A stretch of 54,073 nt of DNA, from the NCBI GenBank assembly GCA_002390825.1, contig DGQR01000253.1, positions 1 to 54,073 of the forward strand, written 5' to 3'. Below are positions 45,033 through 54,073 of this stretch, piece after piece. Source of the stretch: Rhodoferax sp. UBA4409. GTDB taxonomy: Bacteria; Pseudomonadota; Gammaproteobacteria; Burkholderiales; Burkholderiaceae_C. Every line of letters begins with the position of its first letter. Position 1 is the first letter of the stretch. A model generated the notes under the pieces. That model was not told the origin of the DNA. It did not search any database and worked only from the letters and a program-made list of their open reading frames with translations. The translations under genes were made by a program, and so were the position numbers.

Positions 45033-47597
45033 ATGGCTACCGGCCAGGCGCTTTCGCCTCGATTGCAACTCGCTCGCGCACTGCGGGAGCGGTTTTTCGC
45101 GGAATCTTGCAAAGCCTTGTTGGAAATCGGCGCAGCGGTTCAGGATCGGCTCACAGAGCTCGTCGACGAGCCTAGCAATGCCCGTGATTCGCAAACTCGT
45201 CGTGACATCTGGATGGCTTACAAGCAAAGCCGTCCCTTGTGGGTCGAGGGCACACAGAAGTCTTGGCGAGAATGCCTATCTCCTTCTGAAGTAAAGAAGA
45301 CGACAGAAGTCCGTTCCGCCAACCTCGAACTGGTGGGCACCGAGGTCGTCGAAAACAAAATCCTCGCGTCGCGGATGGTGTTGTCCGTGAACGAAAAGGT
45401 CTTGCCGCAGCTTGAAGACTTGCGCGTGCGGATCAAATACCTTGAGGGCCTGGATGATCTGGACGGGAAAGACCTTTTCCGCCCGGAAGTGCTGGTCCTC
45501 TTGCTGGTGGAGCAATGGTCTGTTTCAGGTATGCCGGGTGACTCTTGGCCGATGGTGACAGAAGTTGTCCAGCGCTTATTGATTGAGCGACTGATTACTG
45601 CCTACAAAAATGCGAACGATGTCCTGATCAGCAAGGGCGTATTGCCGACGATCGAGTTGAAAGACCGGGTCAAGTCACCTGTCAAAGCACCTAACCAACG
45701 CTCGCCAAATTCAGGCGCACCTGTATCTGGTGGTGCTGAGTTAAGCGGAGCAGGGTATGAAAATGGTGACCCCTACCAAGCAGGCTTGGGTGGTCCGCGC
45801 GGCTCTCAAGGCACGGGTGCACCTTCATTGGCTGGAGATAGGGCCTCTTATGGCGGGGGTTATGCCGGTGGCGCTACTGCTTCGGGCTCTGAGGCCCAGG
45901 ATGCCCGCCTTTTCAGTGGCCGTTTGGGTTGGGGCGGGGCTGCCGCCGATTCATCGAGCGCAGGTGCAGCGTTAGCTTCCGGTACGCAAGGCGTAGGCAC
46001 TTCGACGCCTACGCCGTTCTGGCGACAGTCCACCACCATCAGTGCAGCGGGCAACGCATACGGCGCGACTGACGAGACGCGCATGTTGACAGCAACCACG
46101 CCGCTCGCGCGGGCGCGGAGTCGTGCACAAGGGGTCATCGGCCAAATTCGCAGACTGTTTGTGAGTCATGCGGGTAGTGATTTTGGTGGCGCTGAGCACC
46201 AGCCACCATCACCCGCCTTGGCTGCTGCCATGGCCTATCGACCGGGCGTGGCGGGAGACTATGCGCCTGGCGGCACGCAATTTGAAGACTACAGCTCTGC
46301 AGGGGTTGCACGTGTCGCAGGTGATTTGCGTCAGAAAACCCAGGAGCTCAAAAAGAAAGCGGAAACCAAGGGGGAAAAAGCCACGATTGAAATCGTCGCC
46401 CTCATGTTTCAGGCAATTCTGGCCGAAGAGCGCATCCCAACCGGCATACGCGTTTGGTTTGCGCGTCTGCAAATGCCTGTGTTGCGGGTCGCTTTGGAGG
46501 ATGCTGATTTTTTCGGCACAGCTACGCATCCCGCCCGGATGTTGATAGACCGGATGGGTTCTTGTGTCATGGGTTTTGACGCGGTGGGCGTACATGGCAG
46601 CGCGATGGAAGCGGAGATCAAGCGGATCGTGCAGGTCATTGAGCAGTATCCTGAAACCGGCAAGAAGGTTTATCAGATCGTTTTTGACGAGTTCCAAAAA
46701 TTCCTTGCGAAGTTTTTGACTGAGAAGGGCCCCGCCCAAAAGGTGGTGGGAGTCGCACAGCAGGTCGAGCAAAAAGAGACGCTTGCGATTCAATACACCA
46801 TCGAAATGCGCAACATGTTGAAAGACATGCCTGTGCGGGACGAGATCCGTGAGTTCTTGTTCAAAGTCTGGTCAGAGGTTTTGGCTGTCGCTGCTGTTCG
46901 CAAGGGCCCACAGCATGCAGACACGCTGATTTTGAAAAAAACTGCGACGGATTTGGTGTGGGCAGCAAGTGCCAAGCCGGATCGCAACGACAGGGCTCGA
47001 GTCATCCAGGATTTGCCGAATCTTTTGCTGCGCTTGCGCTCCGGCATGACCTTGCTGGCCATGGCTCCGTCTGAGCAAGAGGCGCACGTCAAGCGAATCA
47101 GCGATACCCTCGCCGACGCGTTCATGTCGAAAACCCAAGCGATCCCGCAGGCGCAAATTGATGCGATGGCGCAGCGCCTTGGTCATCTTGAGGATTTTGT
47201 CTCCGAGGATGGCATGGGCGATTTGCCGCTGGATGCCGAAAGCATCGAGATGATGCTTGGCATCGATGCCTCAGCGATTGAGGTGGTGGTGAATGGTGGC
47301 TCCAAACCCACCGCTGCCATGCTGGCTTGGGCACATGAGCTACAGATTGGTAGCTGGTACACCCTGGACCACAACCATCAGATCATCCAGGTTCAGTTCG
47401 CTTGGCGCAGCGACAAGAAGCACCTCAATTTGTTTGCTTCCACCGCCGGTAAGAGTTTCCTGATCCAAGGCGGACGATTAGCTGCTTATTTGCAGGCTGG
47501 TCTTTTGTTGCCTCAAGAGGAGGAGGCGCTGACGGTCCGGGCCACCCGTGATGCGTTAGCGAAACTGGAAGCCAATCCGGAGCGATTACTCGCCTGA
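45033..47597 (+). CDS. DUF1631 family protein
   Basis: Helical protein with RLQMPVLRVAL.D.DFF...HPARMLIDR; Gly/Ala/Ser-rich central linker. Confidence 0.85.
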   Translation: MATGQALSPRLQLARALRERFFAESCKALLEIGAAVQDRLTELVDEPSNARDSQTRRDIWMAYKQSRPLWVEGTQKSWRECLSPSEVKKTTEVRSANLELVGTEVVENKILASRMVLSVNEKVLPQLEDLRVRIKYLEGLDDLDGKDLFRPEVLVLLLVEQWSVSGMPGDSWPMVTEVVQRLLIERLITAYKNANDVLISKGVLPTIELKDRVKSPVKAPNQRSPNSGAPVSGGAELSGAGYENGDPYQAGLGGPRGSQGTGAPSLAGDRASYGGGYAGGATASGSEAQDARLFSGRLGWGGAAADSSSAGAALASGTQGVGTSTPTPFWRQSTTISAAGNAYGATDETRMLTATTPLARARSRAQGVIGQIRRLFVSHAGSDFGGAEHQPPSPALAAAMAYRPGVAGDYAPGGTQFEDYSSAGVARVAGDLRQKTQELKKKAETKGEKATIEIVALMFQAILAEERIPTGIRVWFARLQMPVLRVALEDADFFGTATHPARMLIDRMGSCVMGFDAVGVHGSAMEAEIKRIVQVIEQYPETGKKVYQIVFDEFQKFLAKFLTEKGPAQKVVGVAQQVEQKETLAIQYTIEMRNMLKDMPVRDEIREFLFKVWSEVLAVAAVRKGPQHADTLILKKTATDLVWAASAKPDRNDRARVIQDLPNLLLRLRSGMTLLAMAPSEQEAHVKRISDTLADAFMSKTQAIPQAQIDAMAQRLGHLEDFVSEDGMGDLPLDAESIEMMLGIDASAIEVVVNGGSKPTAAMLAWAHELQIGSWYTLDHNHQIIQVQFAWRSDKKHLNLFASTAGKSFLIQGGRLAAYLQAGLLLPQEEEALTVRATRDALAKLEANPERLLA

Positions 47598-47613
47598 TTT
47601 TTCAGTAGGCCGC

Positions 47614-48111
47614 TCAGTGAATCGTGCGTGTCTCGTGCGTTTCGCACAGTTCATCTAGTGCGAGTGCATCCGGCTCCTGGCCGAAGCTCCAAAATACCAT
47701 CAGGATGATGATCTTCAATTCATCCAATGATACGGGGCCCTCTTGCACCGCCATTGCGCGCTCCAACACCACTTCGCGGATATGGGCGGGTGTGATCCCC
47801 GCATGATCCAAAAAGTGAAGGTAGCCAATGCACTCGGGCTTCAAATGGATCTGCTCCCGTGGCGAGTAGATACGCATGCTGTCGGTCGTCGGTAAATGAA
47901 AGCCCGCGGCAGGCAAGACGGTGGGAATCGCGGCTACCGCCGGTTTCGCAAAACGAGCGGCGTTGCCAAGACCCGTGAGCCAATCCAATGCGTCAGCGAT
48001 TTCCTCAGGGTCGAACCCCACACCGCTGAGTTTGCGTTGCAGATGCGCCGGTTCCGGGCAGCTGTCTTCCGCATAAAAGTTTTCGTACACAAAGGCGAGG
48101 ACTTCAAACAT
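47614..48111 (-). CDS. smg: Smg (DUF494) protein
   Basis: MFEVLAFVYENF, GF..EEI.DAL.WL and MRIYS; downstream of dprA. Confidence 0.92.
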   Translation of the reverse strand: MFEVLAFVYENFYAEDSCPEPAHLQRKLSGVGFDPEEIADALDWLTGLGNAARFAKPAVAAIPTVLPAAGFHLPTTDSMRIYSPREQIHLKPECIGYLHFLDHAGITPAHIREVVLERAMAVQEGPVSLDELKIIILMVFWSFGQEPDALALDELCETHETRTIH

Positions 48112-48200
48112 GGAAGCCAATATATCGCACAAAAAACCGACTTCCCAAGGCGGCCAGAACTGCCCCCTATTTCCTCGGATTGAACCGTTAGAAGTGTTTT

Positions 48201-49370
48201 TCAGGCCTGTCCGAGCTGCTGAAACTTGCCGCCCGGCAAGCGGGCAACCCAACCGGCAAGCTCGAGACCCATCAGCAGCGCTTGCAAAGTGGGGGTGTCC
48301 ATCCCGCTGCGTTGCTGCAGGCTATCGAGCGTAGTCGGCTCAAAGCCCAGGGCGTTGAGTAAACCCGTTTCCAGCGATGAGAGTCCATCCAAAGCAGCGT
48401 CGCTTTGCCCGCTATTGGAAGTCCCGCCAGATGTGGGGAAATCGCGGCCACCAGAGGTGATGGGGAGTTCATCCAGAATATCTTGGGCAGACTCGACCAA
48501 TTTGGCGCCTTGTTTGATCAGCGCATGGCAACCCCGTGCTTGCGTGGAATGGATAGAGCCGGGAATCGCAAAGACGTCCTTACCCTGTTCCACGGCCAAG
48601 CGGGCCGTAATCAGGGAGCCCGACTTCAAAGCCGCCTCTACAACCAGTGTGGCCTTGCACAAGCCCGAAATAATACGGTTCCGCTTGGGAAAGTTTGCTG
48701 AGAGCGGCGCGGAACCCAGGGGATACTCGCTAAGGAGAACCCCGTTTTCTGCAATACGGTGGGCAAGCTCAAAATGTGCTCTGGGGTAGACACGGTCTAA
48801 CCCGGTTCCTACAACGGCCACGGTACCCCAGGCTGGCCCCGCATAGCCTGCAAGCGCGCCCTCGTGGGCAGCGCCATCAATCCCCAACGCAAGTCCGGAA
48901 ACGACGGTGATGCCCGAATGCCCCAATGACTCCGAAAACTGCCGCGCATTCTGTACGCCCTGAGGCGTTGGGTTCCGGCTACCCACCACGGCCACGCCAG
49001 TCCGCGCACACTCCTGAAAGCCTTCTACTAGCTTGTCTACACGCCCCAACGCGTAGAGCATGAGCGGAGGATCCTCGGTGTCCAACAAGGCCTGCGGGTA
49101 GGCGCTATCGCCCAGTGTGATGATTCTCCGCTGGCTCGGGGCTTGGCTCAGCCAATCTTCCGTGCACAAGACAAGGGCCTCCAAGCCTTCCGGCACCAAG
49201 CATAATGAACCCGCTTGGCGAACCGTGACGCAAGCACGCAGCTCTGACTCACTGGCTTCAAAGATTGCTTGCGGCAGACCGAAGTGTTGCAAGAGACTCC
49301 GCGCAGTGACATCACCCACGCCATCCGTGAGCCCCAAGCGCAGCCATGCGCGCAGTTCAATCGACTCCAC
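48201..49370 (-). CDS. dprA: DNA-processing protein DprA
   Basis: VGSRNPT, VSGLALGIDGAAH, NFPKRNRIISG and SGSLITA. Confidence 0.97.
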   Translation of the reverse strand: MESIELRAWLRLGLTDGVGDVTARSLLQHFGLPQAIFEASESELRACVTVRQAGSLCLVPEGLEALVLCTEDWLSQAPSQRRIITLGDSAYPQALLDTEDPPLMLYALGRVDKLVEGFQECARTGVAVVGSRNPTPQGVQNARQFSESLGHSGITVVSGLALGIDGAAHEGALAGYAGPAWGTVAVVGTGLDRVYPRAHFELAHRIAENGVLLSEYPLGSAPLSANFPKRNRIISGLCKATLVVEAALKSGSLITARLAVEQGKDVFAIPGSIHSTQARGCHALIKQGAKLVESAQDILDELPITSGGRDFPTSGGTSNSGQSDAALDGLSSLETGLLNALGFEPTTLDSLQQRSGMDTPTLQALLMGLELAGWVARLPGGKFQQLGQA

Positions 49371-49390
49371 AGTCCCTGCCTTGCCGCGGA

Positions 49391-50608
49391 TCAGCGGGGG
49401 TTGATCAGGCGGTCGCCGATCCGAACGGAGTCACTGATCTCCAGAATCAGCGCATACGACACCCGTTCGTAAGAACTGAACACCATCAAGATGCCATTGC
49501 GTTCATCGGGCAACTTCATCAGAGGACGGGACGGGTCGGATCGATCCACCACCTGCGCGCCATCCTTTTGGATGGCCAACACATGGCCGGACTCAATGCC
49601 ATCACGTTTGCCCAAGCTGATCGCCACCACTTGGTTCTGGGAGGCGTTCACAATCGACGTGCTTCCATAGACCGACACAATGCGGCCGTTGACGCGCGCT
49701 TCCGGGGCCCGCGGCGTGTAGCTGGCGAATTGCTTGGGTGGCTCGGGAATCAGCCGATCACCCACCCGCATCTCTTCCTTGGCGGACACGATATCGATGG
49801 TGGCGGGCACCACCGCGCTCTGCACCTTTCCATCGGAGCCGTTGACCTCGGATGTGCTTTCACTCCGTGCGAGGACCGCCTTGCCGACGTACTGCGCCTC
49901 ATACGCCAGCACCTCGCCGGTGCCGGGATCTTTGAGAGGCTTCGCATTGCGGAACACGCGGAACAGTTGTTCCTTATTTTGGTTGTCCAGCAGGGGCGTC
50001 TCGGTGCCGCGGGCGTAGGCCCGGTCGCCACGTCCCAGCAGTACCCGCTCTTCTTGCGTCGCCACAATACGGGCTGCGCCTTCCAGACCCGCTTCATCAA
50101 CGATCATCGGCTCTGCCAAAAACGCCTCAATCACACTGGTGCGAAGTGTGGGGAGCGCAAAGTCAGGCAAATTCTCGGAGCGGGTTCGCGGGCTGAGCCG
50201 CACGGTGTCCGGTGCACCGTTCGCTGTGCCGACGGCATTGGCGAGCCTCAAGGTGGCAACGCCGTTGTTCCGCTCCAGCAGCAAAATTTGGCCCGGGAAA
50301 ATACGATGAGGGTTCTTGATGTCCTCAAGGTTCATGCCCCAGAGCTCCGGCCAGCGCCAAGGGCTCTTCAAAAAGAGGGTCGAGATGCCCCATAGCGTGT
50401 CGCCGCTCTTGATGGTGTAACGATCCGGCGCGTTGGCGGCCAATTCGCTCAAGGGCACACCCTTTTGCGCCACTGCAGCGGCGGTCTGGCGCTGTTCGCT
50501 GGTAATCGGGAAACTTTGCGCCCCTACGCTTGCGCTTGTCAGCGCCCCAGCCAGAGCAGCTACAGCGGCCAAGGCCAAGCGGGATTTCGCCATCAGGTGT
50601 GTCGTCAT
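49391..50608 (-). CDS. LysM peptidoglycan-binding protein (TsaP-like)
   Basis: Signal peptide then YTIKSGDTLWGIS..FLKSPWRWPELW..N...IKNPH.IFPGQ; conserved lysM-dprA-smg / def-fmt context. Confidence 0.92.
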   Translation of the reverse strand: MTTHLMAKSRLALAAVAALAGALTSASVGAQSFPITSEQRQTAAAVAQKGVPLSELAANAPDRYTIKSGDTLWGISTLFLKSPWRWPELWGMNLEDIKNPHRIFPGQILLLERNNGVATLRLANAVGTANGAPDTVRLSPRTRSENLPDFALPTLRTSVIEAFLAEPMIVDEAGLEGAARIVATQEERVLLGRGDRAYARGTETPLLDNQNKEQLFRVFRNAKPLKDPGTGEVLAYEAQYVGKAVLARSESTSEVNGSDGKVQSAVVPATIDIVSAKEEMRVGDRLIPEPPKQFASYTPRAPEARVNGRIVSVYGSTSIVNASQNQVVAISLGKRDGIESGHVLAIQKDGAQVVDRSDPSRPLMKLPDERNGILMVFSSYERVSYALILEISDSVRIGDRLINPR

Positions 50609-50749
50609 AGGGTGCAAATCAGGGTCTAAACTTGATAATTTACGCGCGATTTTGCGCTCAAGCCCTTGATTCAGCAACGATTTTGGGCTGCCCGTAATGC
50701 AAGCAAGCGTAAAAGTGGCGAAAATACCCACATCTCCAAGGCAGCATTC

Positions 50750-51259
50750 ATGGCTCTACTTCCCATCCTTTGTTTTCCCGATCCCCGTTTGCACACGGTG
50801 GCCCAACCCGTAAGCGTCGTCGATGATCGCATCCGTGCACTGACCCGGGACATGCTCGAAACCATGTACGACGCCAGTGGCATCGGCCTGGCTGCCAGCC
50901 AGATCGATGTCCATGAGCGTGTCATCGTGATTGATGTGTCTGAAGACCGCGACCAACCCATGGTGCTGATCAACCCCGAATTGGTCTGGACCAGCCCGGA
51001 AACGCACCTGAATGAAGAAGGCTGCCTCTCCGTGCCGGGCATTTACGATGGCGTGACGCGGTTTAACGCGGTCCACTGCAAGGCCTTGGACGCAGACGGC
51101 AAAAGCCGGGTGATCGAGGCGGACGGTTTGCTGGCGGTTTGCATCCAGCACGAAATGGATCACCTGATGGGCAAAGTGTTCGTCGAGTACTTGTCGCCGC
51201 TCAAGCGTAACCGGATCAAAACCAAGATGCTCAAGGCCAAGCGCGAGGAAACGCGCTAA
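50750..51259 (+). CDS. def: Peptide deformylase
   Basis: GIGLAA, EGCLS and HEMDH. Confidence 0.98.
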   Translation: MALLPILCFPDPRLHTVAQPVSVVDDRIRALTRDMLETMYDASGIGLAASQIDVHERVIVIDVSEDRDQPMVLINPELVWTSPETHLNEEGCLSVPGIYDGVTRFNAVHCKALDADGKSRVIEADGLLAVCIQHEMDHLMGKVFVEYLSPLKRNRIKTKMLKAKREETR

Positions 51260-52273
51260 GTGCCGGCTGCGTTCACGCCGCTCCGGGTCATCTTTGCGGG
51301 CACTCCTGAATTCGCCCGGCTCGCGTTGGCAGCGCTCCATGCCGCCGGCCACACCATCGCGCTGGTGTTGAGCCAGCCTGACCGGCCTGCGGGTCGGGGC
51401 ATGAAGTTACAGGCCTCCGCGGTCAAGCAATATGCGGTGGAACACCAAATTCCTGTCGCCCAACCCCGCAGCTTGCGCTTGGACGGCAAGTATCCGGACG
51501 ATGCCGGTTTGGCCCGCACGGCGATTGCCGACGCGCAAGCGGATGTCATGGTGGTGGCGGCCTATGGCCTGATATTGCCCCAGTGGGTGCTCGACGACAT
51601 GGCTGCCCTTCATGCCGATGGACGGCCCCGTTATGGCTGCCTGAATATCCACGGCTCCTTGCTCCCGCGTTGGCGGGGGGCAGCGCCTATCCACCGGGCG
51701 ATCGAGTCCGGCGATACCCACACCGGCGTCACCATCATGCAAATGGATGTGGGCCTGGATACCGGCGATATGTTGCTCAAAGAGGCGCTCCCGATTGCCG
51801 ATAGCGACACCACCTCGACCTTGCATGACAGGGTGGCCGCGCTAGGCGCGCGCATGGTGGTGCAAGCCTTGGCCGATGCTGCGCAGGGCATTTTGCAGCC
51901 GGTGGTCCAGCCTGCTGAAGGCGTGACCTACGCCCACAAAATCGACAAAGACGAAGCGCCTATTCGGTGGGCCGACGACGCTGCTGCCATCGTGCGGCGC
52001 ATTCGGGCCTTCAACCCATTTCCCGGTGCGAGCACTGTGTTGGATGGTGTGGTGGTCAAGGTCTGGGCTGCGCAAGCTCAGGCGACGGAAACAACGTCTC
52101 CTTCTGGGCAAATTGTGGCTGTGGCGCCCGAGGGTATTGCGGTGGCTGCTATGAATTCTGTAGTGCTGTTGACGGAGTTGCAGCGCCCCGGGGGCAAGCG
52201 CCTCCCGGTGGCTGACTTTTTGCGCGGCATGCCCTTGCAGGTCGGCCAGCGCTTCGATGTGCCGCCGCTGTAA
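51260..52273 (+). CDS. fmt: Methionyl-tRNA formyltransferase
   Basis: [17 protein letters not shown] and [16 protein letters not shown]. Confidence 0.98.
   Translation: MPAAFTPLRVIFAGTPEFARLALAALHAAGHTIALVLSQPDRPAGRGMKLQASAVKQYAVEHQIPVAQPRSLRLDGKYPDDAGLARTAIADAQADVMVVAAYGLILPQWVLDDMAALHADGRPRYGCLNIHGSLLPRWRGAAPIHRAIESGDTHTGVTIMQMDVGLDTGDMLLKEALPIADSDTTSTLHDRVAALGARMVVQALADAAQGILQPVVQPAEGVTYAHKIDKDEAPIRWADDAAAIVRRIRAFNPFPGASTVLDGVVVKVWAAQAQATETTSPSGQIVAVAPEGIAVAAMNSVVLLTELQRPGGKRLPVADFLRGMPLQVGQRFDVPPL
52102..52165 (-). repeat. Dispersed ~60-bp motif, copy 5, in frame inside fmt
   Basis: Minus strand CACTACAGAATTCATAGC-AGCCAC-CGCA-N10-GCGCCAC...AATTTG. Confidence 0.72.
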
Positions 52274-52287
52274 AGGCCGGCTTATCC

Positions 52288-53028
52288 ATGTTTTTTCTGC
52301 GGGAAAACTACCGCCACCCTGAGTTTCGCAAAGGCTTTCGCGACATGGCCGGTGTGGCCCCCGGCATTGCCGCGTGGGGCCTGATGACGGGCGTGGCCAT
52401 GGTGAAGTCCGGATTGAGCGTCAGCGAAGCCTTGTTGATGGCGCTCACCGTGTTTGCCGGCAGCTCGCAACTCGCGGCCATGCCGCTCATTCAAGCCGGT
52501 GCGCCGGTCTGGGTGATTTTGGCGACCGGCTTCTGTGTGAACTTGCGTTTCGTAGTTTTCAGTGCACATTTGCGGCCGTATCTGATGCACCTGCCCCGCT
52601 GGCAGCGACTGGTCACCGGCTACTTGACTGCCGATTTGACCTATGTGCTGTTCACCCAGCGCTACCCGCAGCCGGGCGAAGGGGAGGCAGCCCGGCGTGC
52701 CCAAATGGCGTATCTCGCGGGCAACGGCGGTATCAATTGGGCCAGCTGGGTGAGCAGCAGCGTGGTCGGGGTGGTGCTGGCTAATTTTGTTCCCACTGCG
52801 TGGGGCTTGGGGTTTGCGGGCATCTTGGCACTGGTTGGCATGTTGGCCTCGTTGGCCAGCAGTCGCATGCGTTGGGTGTCGGCCGGCGTTGCCGGTTCGG
52901 CAGCGGTGGCGGCTTTCGCTTTGCCCCTCAAACTCAATATTCTGGTGGCGATTGCTGCTGCGGTGGCGGTTTGCCTGTTGCTGGAGTCACGGCTCGCACC
53001 CCTTAAGCCGGAGGAGGCTGCGGGATGA
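52288..53028 (+). CDS. azlC: AzlC family branched-chain amino acid exporter subunit
   Basis: VFAGSSQLA and VNLRFVVFSA; multiple TMs. Confidence 0.92.
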   Translation: MFFLRENYRHPEFRKGFRDMAGVAPGIAAWGLMTGVAMVKSGLSVSEALLMALTVFAGSSQLAAMPLIQAGAPVWVILATGFCVNLRFVVFSAHLRPYLMHLPRWQRLVTGYLTADLTYVLFTQRYPQPGEGEAARRAQMAYLAGNGGINWASWVSSSVVGVVLANFVPTAWGLGFAGILALVGMLASLASSRMRWVSAGVAGSAAVAAFALPLKLNILVAIAAAVAVCLLLESRLAPLKPEEAAG

Positions 53029-53381
53029 GTCTCTTTGAAAGCACCGATATCTGGACCCTGCTGACGATCGTGGGGCTGGCGTGCGTAACGGTGGTTGCGC
53101 GATCTTTCTTTTTCATCTTCGACAGGCACTGGGAGCTGCCGGGATGGGCGCAGCGTGGCTTGCAATATGCGCCCATCGCCGCATTGGCAGCCGTGATCGT
53201 GCCGGAGATCGTGATGGTTCAGGGCCAGATGATTCACACGCTCAAAGACGCGCGCCTGTATGCGGTCGCCGCGGGTTTGGCGTATTTTTTCTGGCGGCGT
53301 GGTCGGGGGCAGGCCGTGCTGGGCACCATCATGTCCGGCATGGCGGTGTATCTGCCGCTGCATATCGGCTGGGGCTGGTAA
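53025..53381 (+). CDS. azlD: AzlD family membrane protein
   Basis: Small multi-TM protein with L.YAPIAALAAVI.P; ATGA overlap with azlC. Confidence 0.88.
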   Translation: MSLFESTDIWTLLTIVGLACVTVVARSFFFIFDRHWELPGWAQRGLQYAPIAALAAVIVPEIVMVQGQMIHTLKDARLYAVAAGLAYFFWRRGRGQAVLGTIMSGMAVYLPLHIGWGW

Positions 53382-53501
53382 GCGCTGCACCGTACCTGGT
53401 AGGGAACCCGCACACCGGTAGTGCGCTTCTACAATGCGCGCAGTGACAGCGCTGCGCGGCTGCCGAACCGGTTTTTCAATTAACTATCCCGAGGTTTTTT
53501 C

Positions 53502-54073
53502 ATGCAAGTGATCCGCTTTTCTGATCTGGTCGCCCAAGGCCAGGTGGCCGGCAAACGTGTTTTCATCCGTGCCGATTTGAATGTGCCTCAAGACGATGCC
53601 GGTCACATCACCGAAGACACCCGCATCCGCGCCAGCATTCCGTGCATCGAGATGGCGCTGAATGCCGGAGCCGCCGTGATGGTGACCAGCCACTTGGGAC
53701 GCCCCACTGAGGGCGAGTTCAAGCCCGAAGACTCTTTGGCCCCTGTGGCCAAGCGCATGGGCGAGCTGATGGGCCGCGAGATTCCGGTGCTGGCCAATTG
53801 GACCGACGGCGTGACGGTTGCACCCGGCCAGCTGGTGATGCTGGAAAACTGCCGCGTCAACAAAGGCGAGAAAAAGAACAACGAAGAACTCGCCAAGAAA
53901 ATGGCCGCTCTGTGCGACATCTTTGTGCATGACGCGTTTGGTACTGCCCACCGCGCGGAAGCTTCCACTTACGGTATCGCCCAGTTCGCGCCGGTGGCGT
54001 GTGCAGGCCCCTTGCTGGCCGCGGAAATGGATGCGATCAGCAAAGCCCTGCTGGCGCCCAAGCGCCCGCTGGT
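53502..54073 (+). CDS. pgk: Phosphoglycerate kinase, N-terminal part (truncated by window end)
   Basis: Translation from ATG 53502 gives [29 protein letters not shown] and DAFGTAHR. Confidence 0.97.
   Translation, partial: MQVIRFSDLVAQGQVAGKRVFIRADLNVPQDDAGHITEDTRIRASIPCIEMALNAGAAVMVTSHLGRPTEGEFKPEDSLAPVAKRMGELMGREIPVLANWTDGVTVAPGQLVMLENCRVNKGEKKNNEELAKKMAALCDIFVHDAFGTAHRAEASTYGIAQFAPVACAGPLLAAEMDAISKALLAPKRPL

Noticed and set aside
13653-52165. Dispersed motif as a CRISPR array or integron attC series
   Set aside because: Copies are kilobases apart, degenerate and partly intragenic; no cas genes, integrase or GTTRRRY/RYYYAAC ends.
47614-52273. smg-dprA-lysM / def-fmt cluster as a novel competence island
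   Set aside because: This is a widely conserved proteobacterial gene arrangement.

Overview
A gene-dense chromosomal window from a betaproteobacterium. Gene content and order suggest Comamonadaceae (Rhodoferax/Curvibacter-like); this is an inference. It runs from the 3' end of sucD to the 5' part of pgk. No rRNA, tRNA, CRISPR array, IS or prophage was recognised. Main blocks: (1) a visibly more AT-rich, co-oriented module (451-10101) encoding a CHASE2-TPR-Ser/Thr kinase, PP2C phosphatase, FHA protein, CHASE2 class III nucleotide cyclase, GAF-fused PilB/GspE ATPase and a sigma54-driven type IVa pilin with an unusual repeat-bounded Cys loop; (2) M48 protease, 4-TM holin-like protein, yybP-ykoY Mn riboswitch with TerC, DUF3717/DUF1289, yaeQ, purB and GST; (3) an eight-gene operon resembling the furan/modified fatty acid pathway, divergent from a diiron ferritin-like gene; (4) a degenerate HD-GYP protein, rfaE2, glnE, yhdP, nitrilase, mltA, cheV, and Lrp with indolepyruvate oxidoreductase; (5) yajC-secD-secF, DUF1631, smg-dprA-lysM, def-fmt, azlCD and pgk. 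Two candidates stand out. The first is a possible cAMP/Ser-Thr phosphorylation circuit wired to a GAF-gated pilus motor. The second is a dispersed ~60-bp motif (GCTA-N9-TAGC-N6-CGCA-N10/11-GSGC) found five times: three copies lie inside genes in the same orientation and reading frame, and two supply stop codons. Several start codons were moved from the ORF track by eye; all family calls rest on recognised motifs, not database searches.
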